64,000 nt of DNA from Octopus sinensis (taxonomy: Eukaryota), in assembly GCF_006345805.1 (NCBI RefSeq), contig NC_043003.1, positions 58,156,001 through 58,220,000 of the forward strand, given 5' to 3'. A program made the position numbers and the translations under genes. Of this stretch, positions 25,678 to 38,476 are shown one piece after another. Under the pieces are notes generated by a model, which had not been told where the DNA came from, searched no databases, and worked only from the letters and a program-made list of their open reading frames with translations. The stretch's first letter is position 1. Each line of letters begins with the position of its first letter.

Positions 25678-25750
25678 AGTTAATCCAAACATGAAAACAC
25701 AAAGAGAAAACACAACAACGCGAGGACGCGGAACAAGTATAGTGTTATAT
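25678..25750 (+). mobile_element. Interspersed repeat fragment in (TA)n (unclassified, possibly Penelope-like)
   Basis: CpG-rich AGTTAATCCAAACATGAAAACAC...AACGCGAGGACGCGGAACAAG between (TA)n runs; family identity is from recall only. Confidence 0.35.
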
Positions 25751-26826
25751 GTGTATATATATATATATAGAAAGGGAGCAGTAGACCCCCTTGCTCACAG
25801 TATATGGACACAGACCATGTGTCAGTAGCCAGCTGGAAAAGATGTTTTCCTGGCGCTAAAAAATAGTAACATCGTCCTATGCAGGACTGCCACGTTGCAT
25901 TGGTAGACTTTACTATATATGGACAATTTTTTTTATACAGTCCCTAATAATATTTAATTATAAAAATGTAATAGGATTTTTTAATCATTGAATGGCTTAA
26001 AAGGGGTCCATATGTAAAAGACGGCTTCAGAAACACTTGACTAAAGCTATCTAGTTGTTGCTCCAGCATGGCTGCTATCCAGTTACTACAACATGTAAAA
26101 CAGGTACAAGTATGTGTGTGTGTGTTGTGTGCTTTAAAGATTTGGATAACCTAAGCATGTAAAGGAACCACTTTTACACACACACACACACAAACATACT
26201 ACAACTCATAGTGTTTGTTACATTCCAAGAATTTGGTTGCATTGTCAACATGTTGGATGATAGTTCTGTATTTGTTGTCCAGAATGGTAAATAATACTCT
26301 TGCAGACTTGGTAAGGGACCAGATGGGTTGGTTTGAGGAGGTTAAGGGCAGAAGGGAAGGGGTTCTGTCTGCTGGTGATAGCTGTGTAGACATTTTTTTA
26401 AAATCTATTTATTGGACTTGGTGGGGACAGGAAGCTGGGATGGTTTATTTAAGGATGAGTTTGTTGTTTTGTTGCTTTCCTCTCACCCACCCACCCACCC
26501 CTTCTCCTTCACACAATCTCAATTTCTTTTTAGGTTGGGAGGAGTCTGTCTGCCTGAAACAAAGTTGTATGTGTGCTTCTTTCTATCCCCAAACACTGCT
26601 CTAAGCATCACCATCATCATTACCAACACTATCATTATCATCATCATCACATTTTTCATTGTCATTATTACTATTTCCATCATCCCCATCATTCTGTTCC
26701 CACTGCCACCATCGCCACTACTCCTATACCATTCTGTCACCATCGCTGTTACATCAATTTATTGAAAGGTGGGTGAATGTTGGAAGAATGGTCAGTGTGA
26801 AAGGACCAATTCTGAGTATACCCCTG

Positions 26827-26988
26827 TCATCATCATTATCATCATCATCGTTTAACGTCCGCTTTCCACGCTAGCATGGGTTAGACGGTTCAACTGGGGT
26901 CTGGGAAGCCCGAAGGCTGCACCAGGCCCAGTCAGATCTGGCAGTGTTTCTACAGCTGGATGCCCTTCCTAACGCCAACCACTCCGTG
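26827..26988 (-). mobile_element. Young RTE-like LINE 3' end
   Basis: (CAT)n CGTTTAACGTCCGCTTTCCACGCTAGCATGGGTTAGACGG...GCTGGATGCCCTTCCTAACGCCAACCACTCCG; CpGs intact. Confidence 0.85.
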
Positions 26989-27149
26989 AATCAAGTAAAA
27001 GAAGATAAAAGACAGGACCAGACAACCTTTTGCATGTCACAATGGTACCCTTGTGATTCCATCTGGAGTTGAGGGTCCAAGCTAAAGCAATATGCACATG
27101 CACACACATTGTGCACATACTCCCTTTTACATCTTCCCCACGCCAAACC

Positions 27150-27583
27150 TTAACCCTTTTTGATACCAACCTAACTGAAACCGCTTCTGGTTCTGTAGTA
27201 CAACTGTCACAATTTATGTTCCTAACACTAGCTTAATGATAACTAAGTTATTTTACTAAATTCTTTGTTATATTTAAAATTAATTGAAAGAAACACAAAG
27301 TGTCTCAACAGAAATGTGGTAACAAAAGGGTTAAGATATATAATAGAGAAACCTTAACCCTTTTGATATCAACCTGGCTGAAACTGCCTCTGGCTCTGTT
27401 GTACAAATGTCTTGTTTCCATAAGTTTTGAATTAAAATCTTCCACCAAACCTTAGTCACAATTTATGTTCCTAACACTAGCTTAATGATAACTAAGTTAT
27501 TTTACTAAATTCTTTGTTATATTTAACATTAATTGAAAGAAACACAGAGCATCTCAACAGAAATATGGTAACGAAAGGGTTAA
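27150..27583 (+). mobile_element. Head-to-tail dimer of piggyBac-like MITE P1 (27154-27330 and 27358-27579)
   Basis: Each unit is TTAA|CCCTTTT...AAAGGG|TTAA; TTAA at 27150, 27331, 27354 and 27580. Confidence 0.85.
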
Positions 27584-27699
27584 TACTCGAGTTGATGAGA
27601 AAAAAAGGGAATTATTAGCCGGTTAAAACTAAACCCAATGTATTTTAGCTGGTCCATGCATCACATGGTACCAATAGTTCAAGAGGTGGCAATGGTGGC

Positions 27700-28437
27700 G
27701 GATGTGGTAGCCTTTGCAATGTTAATTCTTGTTGTAGTAGTGGTGGTGGTGGTGGCTGCTTCTACGATTGCTCTTGCCATGATGGTTGCTGTTAAAGTAG
27801 TAATGATGATGGTGGTGCTGACGGTGACGCTGGTGGCGCTGTTGATGTTGGCTATTCTAATGTTTGTAGTTGTATAGTGATGGTTGTTATAGCATTGGTC
27901 AAAGTAGTAATGGCTCTAGTGATGATGGTTTTAGTAGTAACAGCTACATAATGATTCTCGTGGTGGTGGTCATTGTCGGAGTGGTGGTGGTTCTTATATA
28001 ATTACTGTGTAGTTGTCTATATGATCATAGTGAGTCAAAAACTATGGTGGCTGTTACAGTGTGATTTCTGTGTGGGTGGGTATACTACATCTACTACTGT
28101 AACAGATGATGATGATGATGATGATGATGATGGTGGATGGTATTGTAGATGTGGCGGTGGTGGCGGTGGCGAAGAAGTAGTTTAATAAAGATTAAAACAG
28201 TAATTTACAGCAGTAATTCTAGCTTATCTCATTAACTCGGAAAATATTGTACCGTTCTTTCGTATTTCTGTTTCTGAGAAGACATTCTGCATGTGTGTGT
28301 GTGTGTGTGTGTTGTTATTTATATTTTCGATAATAGTATAGTCAATTAAAACAACAACTACAACAGCAGCAGTAGTCCAATAACAATATGAAGGATAACC
28401 ACATTAGTACAATACTACCGCTACTACTACTACTACA

Positions 28438-28469
<32 letters not shown>

Positions 28470-28836
28470 TAATGGTAGTGTTGATGATTTCTTTATTAAT
28501 CAATAAGGGTAGTAGTAGTAGTAGTGATAATAAATAATAACTATAATAATAATAATAACAATATACACACTAACAAGAACAGCAACCAAAACAGCATTGA
28601 TGCAATAATAAGAATGATAATAATGTTATAATGTTGATGGTTATGGTGGTGGTGGTGGTCATGGCACTGCCCGTGTAATATTAAATGTAATGATGATGAT
28701 GGTGATGGTGATGTTGGTGATTGGTAATAACCGGTAGAACAATAAGTGATAAATGCTAAATCTGGTGCGGAGGTGGCTCGGTAATTTCTGTTTTTGTTGT
28801 TTAAGCATGGTTTAAGCTGATGGTGTGGTTATGGTA

Positions 28837-28870
<34 letters not shown>

Positions 28871-28930
28871 GGATGATGGTTTTGGTAGTTAGTAGCGAAC
28901 AGTTATATAGTAAAATAACAGTCGAAATAA
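27700..28930. repeat. Trinucleotide low-complexity field ((GTG)n, (GAT)n, (AAT)n, (CTA)n)
   Basis: Direct reading, with short unique islands. Confidence 0.75.
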
Positions 28931-29787
28931 ATTGAATATAAAAATTACAACAAAAAAAAAGAAGAAAAAAAAAACAGAAAAGAAAAAGAAATAAAGACAA
29001 CAGTTGAAATTAATAGTTGTGCATCGTCTTTGTTGTCGTCATCGTTGTCATCGTCGTCATCGTTAGCATTCTCCCTCGTTGGACCATCCGTCCCACCTTG
29101 CCCCCACCCCACCCCCACCCTTTGCTCAACTGCCCCACCCCCCTCACGATAAAACTATAGCTCTGATTCACACTTAGAATAATCGTTGATTTCTACACCC
29201 CCCCACTCTCTTCACACTCACGTTCTCTCTTTTTTCTCCATAAGCCACCCATGACTCCCACCACTGGTCTACATTCATATATTCTATCTCCTTTCTCTTA
29301 ATATTCTTCATAATTGTTATTGCTATTATTATTATTATTATTATTATTTTTGTTGTTGTTGTTTAGTTTTCTTTCTGTCTTTGCTTCTTTCATCATCTTC
29401 ATCTTTTCCACCTTCATCATTAGTTTTTTTTTATTTTTTCTTCAGTCTTTTTATTCTTTTCGTCTTTCCTCCCTCCACCACCACCACCACCAACAACAAA
29501 AACAACAACACTGCCACCTACACTTCTTCCTTCTTTCCATCCATCCATCCCTCCTTCCTCCTTCCTTCCTTCCTTCCTTCCGTCCTCGCTTTCTTGCTCT
29601 TTCTGCAATCTTCTTATCTTCGTCTTCCATCTAACCAATCTCTAAGAAAACTCCAACAGATATTAGACCAACCACAACAACAACAACAACAACACCAATA
29701 CAAAACAACAACAACCGTACTATTTTTCAAAATTTTACATTTTGTTCTACAAAATATATGTGTGTGTGCGTGTGTATGTGTTTGTAC

Positions 29788-29842
<55 letters not shown>

Positions 29843-30270
29843 TTAAATTTCATTTATTCCAACTTAATTAAACAATAATGAATTATTTAGACAGTTATGC
29901 AAATAACTATTTATCGAATTTGCATGAAAATATTCTTCATTTGCAGAATCTACTCATTTGTTTAGCACAACACTTCAATGCATAAATTGTTTTGCTTCTT
30001 TAAGCATTGCACCAATATCTTGATCGGAAGCAAAATGTAAGAGTAAGGAAGATTTAAGAGAATACGTCTATATAAACAATTACATCATGATAAAGTCATG
30101 CATGGTAGCCATTTATAATGCATATGTGTATATTTTCCGTCGGTTTTTTTTCCCCCCTTCTTCGTATATACCATATTTCCTTCCCCGTTTCCCTTCTCTT
30201 CACACATACCAGTATTGGAAAGCTTGTTAGCAACATAGGCACTGCTCTTCCATTTTTTTAAAATAAACCT

Positions 30271-30648
30271 TAGGAGTGGCTGTGTGGTAAGTAGCTTGCT
30301 TACCAACCACATGGTTCCGGATTCAGTCCCACTTGCGTGGCACCTTGGGCAAGTGTTTTCCACTATAGCCTCAGGCTGACCAAAGCCTTGTGAGTGGATT
30401 TGGTAGATGGAAACTGAAAGAAGCCGGTTGTATATATGTATGTGTGTGTGTTTGTGTGTATCCCCACCACCATCACTTGACAACTGATGCTGGTGTGTTT
30501 ACATCCCCATAACTTAGCAGTTCAGCAAAAGAGTCCAATAGAATAAGTACCAGGCTTACAAAGAATAAGTCCTGGGGTCGACTTGTTCGACTAAAGGCAG
30601 TGCTCCAGCATGGCCACAGTCAACTGCCTGAAACAAATAAAAGAATAA
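30271..30648 (+). mobile_element. SINE family A1, full length
   Basis: GGAGTGGCTGTGTGGTAAG head, GGATTCAGTCCC B-box, tail GGTGCTCCAGCATGGCC...GAAACAAATAAAAG. Confidence 0.92.
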
Positions 30649-30659
30649 ACTGGTTACAA

Positions 30660-30828
30660 TACACAGAATATTTTATCAACTTTTTTTTTTAAATACAATT
30701 CTTAATGATATTTAAATCATATAAGTACAAATAGGATGTTTTAAAACATGGAAGGGTCATGAGGGTCCACCCAAGTAAAATAACAATCAGAGTGGTCCGT
30801 AGGTTAAAAAAATGGTTGAGAACCACTG
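30660..30828 (+). mobile_element. hAT-like MITE right half
   Basis: Ends GGTCCGTAGGTTAAAAAAATGGTTGAGAACCACTG, the reverse complement of the 2294 TIR. Confidence 0.65.
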
Positions 30829-30872
30829 ATCTGAACTAAGAGAGGCAACACTCCAGCTGGCCTGTAGCTCCA

Positions 30873-31273
30873 TTTATTCTTCCATTTGCTTCAGTCGTTT
30901 GACTGTGGCCATGCTGGAGCACCGCCTTTAGTCGAGCAAATGGACCCCAGGACTTATTCTTTGTAAGCTTAGTACTAATTCCATCAGTCTCTTTTGCTGA
31001 ACCGCTAAATTATGAGGACGTGAACACACCAATATTGGTTGTCAAGCAATAGTGGGGGGGAAAACACACATACACACACACTCACACACATATATATACA
31101 CATATATATAACAGGCTTCTTTCAGTTTCCGCCTACCAAATCCGTTCACAAGGCTTTGCTAGGCCCGAGGCTATAGTAGAAGACACTTGCCCAAGGTGCC
31201 ATGCACTGGGACTGAACCTGGAAGCATGTGGTTGGTAAGCAAGCTACTTACTACGCAACCACTCCTGCACCTA
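30873..31273 (-). mobile_element. SINE family A1, full length
   Basis: Reverse complement of 30271-30648. Confidence 0.92.
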
Positions 31274-31651
31274 TTTATTTATTATTATTTTTCTTTTTAC
31301 TTTGTTTTTTTTGGTTTTTGTTTTGGAGTTTGTTTTGTTTTTTTTTACTTACATTTATTTTTATAGTTTTAATATTTTTTTCCCCCCTATATAGAGAATA
31401 AAGTCCCAAAAAAAAAGAAAAGAAAAGGAAAATGTGTCCGCTTTAATTAGAAATCCTGACGAAGCAGTTATCTTGCAGCAATTTCAGTCATGTCACACAG
31501 TCTTGTTGTCAGTTCTGATTGTCTTGGTTTGAGGTTTTCCTTAAACTTTGTGACACATGACAGCATAGTAGCGGCAGAAGGGGGGGAGTTGAGAAGTATG
31601 GGGGGAGGCATCGGTTGAGAGGGGGATGTATTTGCCATCTATGGTATGTAG

Positions 31652-31682
<31 letters not shown>

Positions 31683-31757
31683 CATCGCATTCTTCTGGGA
31701 GCTAGTTTAGTGCTTGCAGTTATTTATTAATTTATTGATATGGTGATGATGGTAGTG

Positions 31758-31797
<40 letters not shown>

Positions 31798-31864
31798 GCG
31801 TGGTTGTTGGAGAGGGAGATGGTTATTCTGAGATACTATAGGGTTTGAACCTGTGATGTGATAT

Positions 31865-32205
31865 AGTTAGCAACAGTAGAAAACACTTGCCTTCAGTAAT
31901 ACTGCATGGGCCCTTAGGCAATTTCTTCTACTATAACCCTGAGCCAACCAATGCTTTGTGAGTGAATTTTGATTGATGGAAACTGTGAGAAAGCTCGTTT
32001 GTGTTCGTGTTTGTCCCCCACTATTGCTTGACAAGTGGCATCGGTCTGTTTACATCCCCTGTAGCTTAGCAGTTCAGCAAAAGAGACTAATAGAATAAGT
32101 ACCTCGCTTTCAAAAATAAGTACTTGGAGGAATTTGTTTGAGTAACTCTTCAAGGCAGTGCCCCAGTATGGCCACAGTGCAATGACTGAAACGAGAAAAG
32201 ATCAA
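31865..32205 (+). mobile_element. SINE family A1, diverged
   Basis: CTTAGCAGTTCAGCAAAAGAGACTAATAGAATAAGTAC...CCAGTATGGCCACAGT...ATGACTGAAAC. Confidence 0.75.
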
Positions 32206-33034
32206 AGTTATATCTACCTGACAAAACTCATTTGCCGGTTCATTTAGTATTTTTATGGTCAAGTCTAGATTGATAGATCACTACTTTTACAACTTGTATG
32301 GCACAACACTTTGGGTTGTTGCTAAACTATACAGGTGTACTGCAGAATTATACAGGTGTGTTTCAGAATTATATAGTTGTATTGGAAAACATGTCTGAGG
32401 CCAGAATATTTTATCTCTGGTTTTACACATTTCCAGATTAACATTAAACATTGATTACCTGGTTGGATTGTCCATGATTATTCTTACATGCAAGCCAGAA
32501 TACATTTTGTTTAAAGCTATACACTGTTATTAGTGTCTCCAGCTTGCTTTGACGCAAAGGGTTATACAATGTGTAATCTTAAAAAGAGTTATTTATGATG
32601 TCTCGTTTTTAGTGTGACAAAAGTCATTGGTTCTCTTGGAAGGCTGAGGAGAAAAGTTGGTCAGACGTATGCATGTATGTTGCATTGATGTGTACATGCG
32701 TTTGTATTTGTATATTTACTTGTGTGTGTTTGTATTTCCATGTATTATCCATCTGTGTATCTCTGGCTGTTTGATGATTATGTATGTGTATGTAAGTGCC
32801 AACACATGTTACTTTTATACTTCTATGCTAATACTTGGATGGGCTGTGTCCTTTGTAATAGTGGATATACATATGTGTGTGCATTTGATCTGTGATGTTC
32901 ATGTAATGCTATATACCTGTGCGTATGTGTGTGTGTGTATTTGTATTTCCATCTATTCTCCATCTATGTATCTCTGGCTGTCCGTTGATTCTGTATGTAT
33001 ATGTAAGCACCAACACATTACTTCTATAGGTGTA

Positions 33035-33433
33035 TACTCTTTTACTTGTTTCAGTCATTTGACTGTGGCTATGCTGGAGCACTGCCTTTAGTCGAGCAAA
33101 CTGATCCCAGGACTTATTCTTTGTAAGCCTAGTACTTATCCTATCAGTCTCTTTTGCCGAACCGCTAAGTTACGGGGACGTAAACACACCAGCATCGGTT
33201 GTCCAGTGATGTTGGGGTAACAAACACATACACATGTATACATACATATATATATATACACACATGCACATACATATATACAACAGGCTTCTTTCAGTTT
33301 CCGTCTACCAAATCCACTCACAAGGCTTTGGTCAGCCCAAAGACACTTGCCCAAAGTGCCACACAGTGGGACTGAACCTGGAACCATGTGGTTGGTAAGC
33401 AAGCTACTTACCACGCAGCCACTCCTGTGCCTA
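33035..33433 (-). mobile_element. SINE family A1, full length and relatively young
   Basis: GCCGAACCGCTAAGTTACGGGGACGTAAACACACCAGCATCGG with CpGs retained. Confidence 0.92.
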
Positions 33434-33749
33434 TATATATACATGTATGTGTATACATTTTGTATGTGTGTATATACTAACACTTAGATGGACCGTGCCC
33501 TCTATAATAGCGTATATACATGTGTGTGTGTGTGTATTTGATCTGTGATGTTTGTGTAATGCTATATACCATTCACAAGCAGTTATGTATCTCTGTGTAC
33601 ATATGTGTGTGTGACGATGTTCAGGCATGTATGTGTATGTGCATGTGTGTTTACATTCATAGGACATTCTCTGTGTGTATATATGTGTGATTGCATGCAA
33701 GTGAAAATGCATGTAAGCTTTTGATGTGTGTGAGTGTACCTTGCATCTG

Positions 33750-34255
33750 TTATCTTTTATTGGACTGCAACCATGCTGTAGCATGGCCTTGAAGGGTTTC
33801 AGTCGAACATATTGACCCCATCCCCCATCCCCCACAGTACTTGTTCTTTTCCAAACCTTGTATATTTTTGTTGAACCACTATGAATCAACACCATTTGTC
33901 AAGTGGTATGGGAACAAACACCTGCTCACACATATACCCAAATATATACACATACACATGTATACACATATATACACATACACATATATGCACTCACATA
34001 TAAACATACACTCGTATATACACACACATATATACACATGCACGCACTCACATATACACATATATTCGTATATATACACATATATATATACATATAACAG
34101 GTTTCTTTCAGTTTCCACCTACCAAATCCACTCACAAGGCTTTGGTTTGCCTGGGACCATAGTACATGACAGTTGCCCCGAGGTACCATGCAATGGGATT
34201 GAACCTAGAACCGTGCGGTTAGGAAACAAACTTCTTATCACACAGCCATGCCTAT
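33750..34255 (-). mobile_element. SINE family A1, diverged, with expanded internal microsatellite
   Basis: Tail at 33750-33920; head CTACCAAATCCACTCACAAGGCTTTGG at 34108-34255. Confidence 0.65.
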
Positions 34256-34380
34256 ACATATTATATCATGATGGTGGTGGTGGTGGTGGTGGTGGTGGTG
34301 GTGGCAGTGGTAGTGAAAATGGTGGTGGTGGTGGTGGTGGTGGTGGTGGTGGTGGTGGTGGTATGTACATGCACGTGTGT

Positions 34381-34417
<37 letters not shown>

Positions 34418-34522
34418 AGTGTTGAAGCTAGCATGATGCCAAAGAAAGGTCTGAATGATGGAATGGTGTGATTCAGACATAGGAGATGAGTATGTCAAAC
34501 ATCTCGCAGTCAATTTCTCATG

Positions 34523-34635
<113 letters not shown>

Positions 34636-34674
34636 ACACCTTTCTGTCACTCATCCCCACCACCAACCATAACT

Positions 34675-34706
<32 letters not shown>

Positions 34707-35427
34707 TGTCATCATCTGTGTATTGTTAACAGGAGGGTGGAGAATAGATGGAAGGGTGGCTGGTGATCAGACAATATCTGGCTTGTTAGCATGGGTGGGT
34801 TGTGATGGAAGAGCTGTGCTAGGTTGGGTAGATATGAATCTAAAGGACTTGTTTTCCTAACACCCTTTATCTTGATCTAGACACCTCTGTTAGTATCTCA
34901 TTATAAAGCAATTAGGATGAAACAGGCCAGTTTGTTGTGGTTTTGTCAAGGGAGTGAGAGACAGACAGACAGGTAGATAGGTAGATAGATAGATAGATAT
35001 AGAGAGAGGGGGTGATAGAGAAAGGGTGTGAAAGAATGGAGAATGGGGTTATTGTGGCATGAGCCTGGTTATGATGGTTGATCATTCACAGTCAGTCCCT
35101 CCCCTCTGTTCTTCCCCTTTGCCCCCATCTGTAATATGAAGCAGTGTCTGTGTTAACCCACTCCTCATAAACTCATTAAAAAAATCATTTAAAAATGGCT
35201 TTTGTTGGAAATGTGGTTTATACACATGTATATACATACATGTGATATATATAAGGTGTATATATATATAAGGTGTATATATACAAGGTGTATATATAAA
35301 AGGTGTTATTGTTAATTTCAGCATTGTCAGATATCACCTACACGGAGCCTTTGTAATGTATTGAAGACACATTTTCTCCACACCTTTTCTACTTTTCATC
35401 AACTCAAGATCAGGTTTTGTGGGATAA

Positions 35428-35804
35428 GCATAGTTCTGTGATTAAGCAACTCGCTTTACAGCCATGTGATTTCAGGTTCAGTTCCACCGCACGGCAGCTT
35501 GAGCAAGTCTTCCGTTATAGCCTCAGGCCGGCTTGTGCTTTGTGAGTGAATTTAGTACATGGAAACTTTGTACACTCCCATCATGTATGTGTGTGCGTGT
35601 GTGTGTCTTCCCAACATCACTTGACAATTGGTGTTGATGTGTTTACATCCCTGTAATGTAGCTGTTCTGCAAAAGAAACCGAGAGAATAATAATTACCAA
35701 GCTTAAAAACAAAATTCCTGCATTGATTCATTTAACTTAAATTCTTCAAGGCTGTGCTCCAGCATGGCCACAGGCTAATGATTAAAACAAATAAAAGATA
35801 AAAG
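35428..35804 (+). mobile_element. SINE family A1, diverged
   Basis: CAGGTTCAGTTCCACCG...GAGCAAGTCTTC...GTGCTCCAGCATGGCCACAG. Confidence 0.75.
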
Positions 35805-35832
35805 TTAATGAAGATATATAGATATATATATA

Positions 35833-37101
35833 TGGGTAAATTGTCGCCATTTTCAATTATTAATTTTGTGCATGCACATTGATTTTGGTTTTGTCAACTG
35901 CACAGTATAGTAGGGTCAGTTGGGCACCATCTTTGAGAAAAACAGTACCATGATGCAATTCACTCTGCCAGAAATTTGGAAATGACATGCTGTACCGATT
36001 GGCATTCATGCTGGAAGCTCCAATATGAACATTTCAGAGTGTTTGGGTGTGAATCTGAGGACAATGCAGAGGTTTCAGAAAGAGTTAGAGGAGTCTAATG
36101 GTGATTACGAAGGTATGACTGCTCCAAAAACTCATTCTGATGAGAACTCCTGAATTTGTTGGTGATATCCAGGTCATGGTTGACAATGATCCCTCCAAGT
36201 CAATCAGCTCCATCACCAGGGACATGGGAGTGTCTGTGTTTCTTGTCAGGCAGTAGTGCATGAAGACATTCAGTATTTTCCATATAAGATGAGAAAGGGC
36301 CAGTTTTTATCCCAAGCCATCAAGGACAAGAGGAAATACTGCGCTACGAAGCTTTTGAATAAACTCTAGCATCCCCTCCAGCCAAACATGTTTTGGTTTT
36401 TCTCAGATGAGAAAAATTTCTGCCAGGATCAGATGATGAGCACACAGAACAACCGTTGGCTTGCTGTGTCCCCAAAACATGTACTGAGTGTGATAAAAAT
36501 CAAACGTCCAGTCAACATCATGGTGTTTGGAGTGATCACTAGTGATGTTGATGTGCCTCCATTCATCTTCCCACACGGCTTCGGACTCAACATGGAGGCC
36601 TACATCAAGTGCCTGGAGGAGGTAGTGCTACCCTGAGTCAAGAGGGTTGTTGCTGAAAGATCCTATATCTAGCAACAGGACTCTGCACCATACCACACAA
36701 GCAGGAGAACCCAGTCATGACTGTCAGACCATTTCTGCAACCACAACACCCCTAATATCCGGCCACCTAACTCCCCAGATGGCAACCCCCTTGATTATTA
36801 TGTGTGGGGCACAGTTGAGCAAGAGACCAACAAAACTCCTTATAACACCAAAGATGAACTGAAGGCAAAGATTAAGGTGGCATTCACCAAATTAAACAAG
36901 GAAACCATCCAGAATAGTTGCAGGAGATTCCGAAGTCACATGGAGGCCTTGGTTTGAAGCCAATGGCGATTTTATTGAATAAATTTATTCTTTAGTATTT
37001 CAAGATATCTTTGTGTAATTTTGCTAAATATATCTTTTAAAATGAGATGTAAGTTCTATTTTCATTTTTACATAATTTAGACAATTTATTCACTGCACCT
37101 G
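35833..37101 (+). mobile_element. maT/DD37D Tc1-mariner-superfamily DNA transposon, defective (about 1.27 kb)
   Basis: Contains the transposase remnant; the right end ...GACAATTTATTCACTGCACCTG shares only TAAATTGTC with the left end (35837), so the left TIR is eroded. Confidence 0.8.
35950..36982 (+). pseudogene. DD37D transposase pseudogene
   Basis: HTH-like SISSITRDMGVS; FFSDEK (D at 36406); QQDSAPYH (D at 36679); PPNSPDGNPLDYYVW (D at 36793). There are 37 residues between D2 and D3, plus multiple stops and frameshifts. Confidence 0.92.
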
Positions 37102-37539
37102 TTATGAATGTGGTGTTATTGTTAATATCTGCATTGTCACATATCACCAACATGGAGCCTTTGTGATAAGTTTGCAGGCACTAACATCTATTAATTTTCT
37201 CCACACCTTTTCGACTTCCCTACAACTAATGTTCAGGCTCTGTTATAGATAAAATACAGCTTATATTGTATTATGTGTTAATGTGTATGTGTTGTTGGAT
37301 GGAATAAGCAAGAGACATTGTGAACGAGTGGTGCCAACACTGTATACCAATCATGTATAGCTAATGGGTTTAGCAGTTTCAAAATCCTATCGCCATCTTT
37401 CTTTCTTTTTTTTTTAACGCTTTCTTTTCTTTTTTTTTTGGGCCTTTCTTTTTGTTCCCTACGCTACAGTCAACCCACTCTAATTAACTGTTTTAAATGA
37501 TTTCTTTTTCTTTTTTGAAAAAAAGTGTTAAAAATTGTG

Positions 37540-37712
37540 CTTTTGTGTATACACACACATACACATAAATAACGTGCATATATATATATATATGTGTATG
37601 AGAGTATTTATATATATATATATATATATTCATAAATATATATTTATATTTATATTTATATATATGTACGTATGTATGTATATGTATGTAGGTATATTTA
37701 TATATATGTATG

Positions 37713-37751
<39 letters not shown>

Positions 37752-37774
37752 TAATATATATATATATATGTATG

Positions 37775-37805
<31 letters not shown>

Positions 37806-38030
37806 TATATATATTAATATATATATAATATATATTATATGTATGTATGTATGTATATTTATGTATGTATGAATATTTATATATGTATGTATATTTATAC
37901 ATGTATTTATATATATATTATATATATATGTATATTTATATGTATGTATATTTTTATATATATATATGTATGTATATTTATATGTGTATGTATGTGTGTA
38001 TATGTATATATACATGTGCATGTATGTACA
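37540..38030. repeat. (TA)n/(TATG)n microsatellite
   Basis: Direct reading. Confidence 0.96.
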
Positions 38031-38476
38031 TATCTGTCATATAATTTCTCCAAGCTCACAGTAAAAGAAAAAACAAAAATTGATTTTAAAATGCTTTGTT
38101 GCTAAAACAAGTTGTTTATACAGTTAGAAAACTAAAAACAAAGTAGGCTTTTAATATAATTAAAATGTTGGGTGCATTCACATTCACCTACTCAAATGAA
38201 AATATTTGAATGTGAGAATATATATATATATTCAGCCTTGTTCTAAAACGATTCTTTTTTTATTAATATTTTTGGTGGGGTTTTGTGTGTGTGTGTGTTT
38301 GTGATTGGAGAAGGGAGATGTAACCCTAGGAGAGATAACTCAGGTGTGCCAACCAAAGGATTGCAATTTCAATCTAGTTTGGTTCTTATTCAGCTTTGGT
38401 GCAGACAGAACTACTCATGCTCTCTCTCCCCCTCGCTCCCCCCCTCTCTCTCTCCCACACATGTCTGCATCATCAA

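Noticed and set aside
31485-31562. GTCATGTCACA...TGTGACACATGAC inverted repeat as a pre-miRNA
   Set aside because: The stem is short and interrupted, and the loop of about 50 nt is too long.
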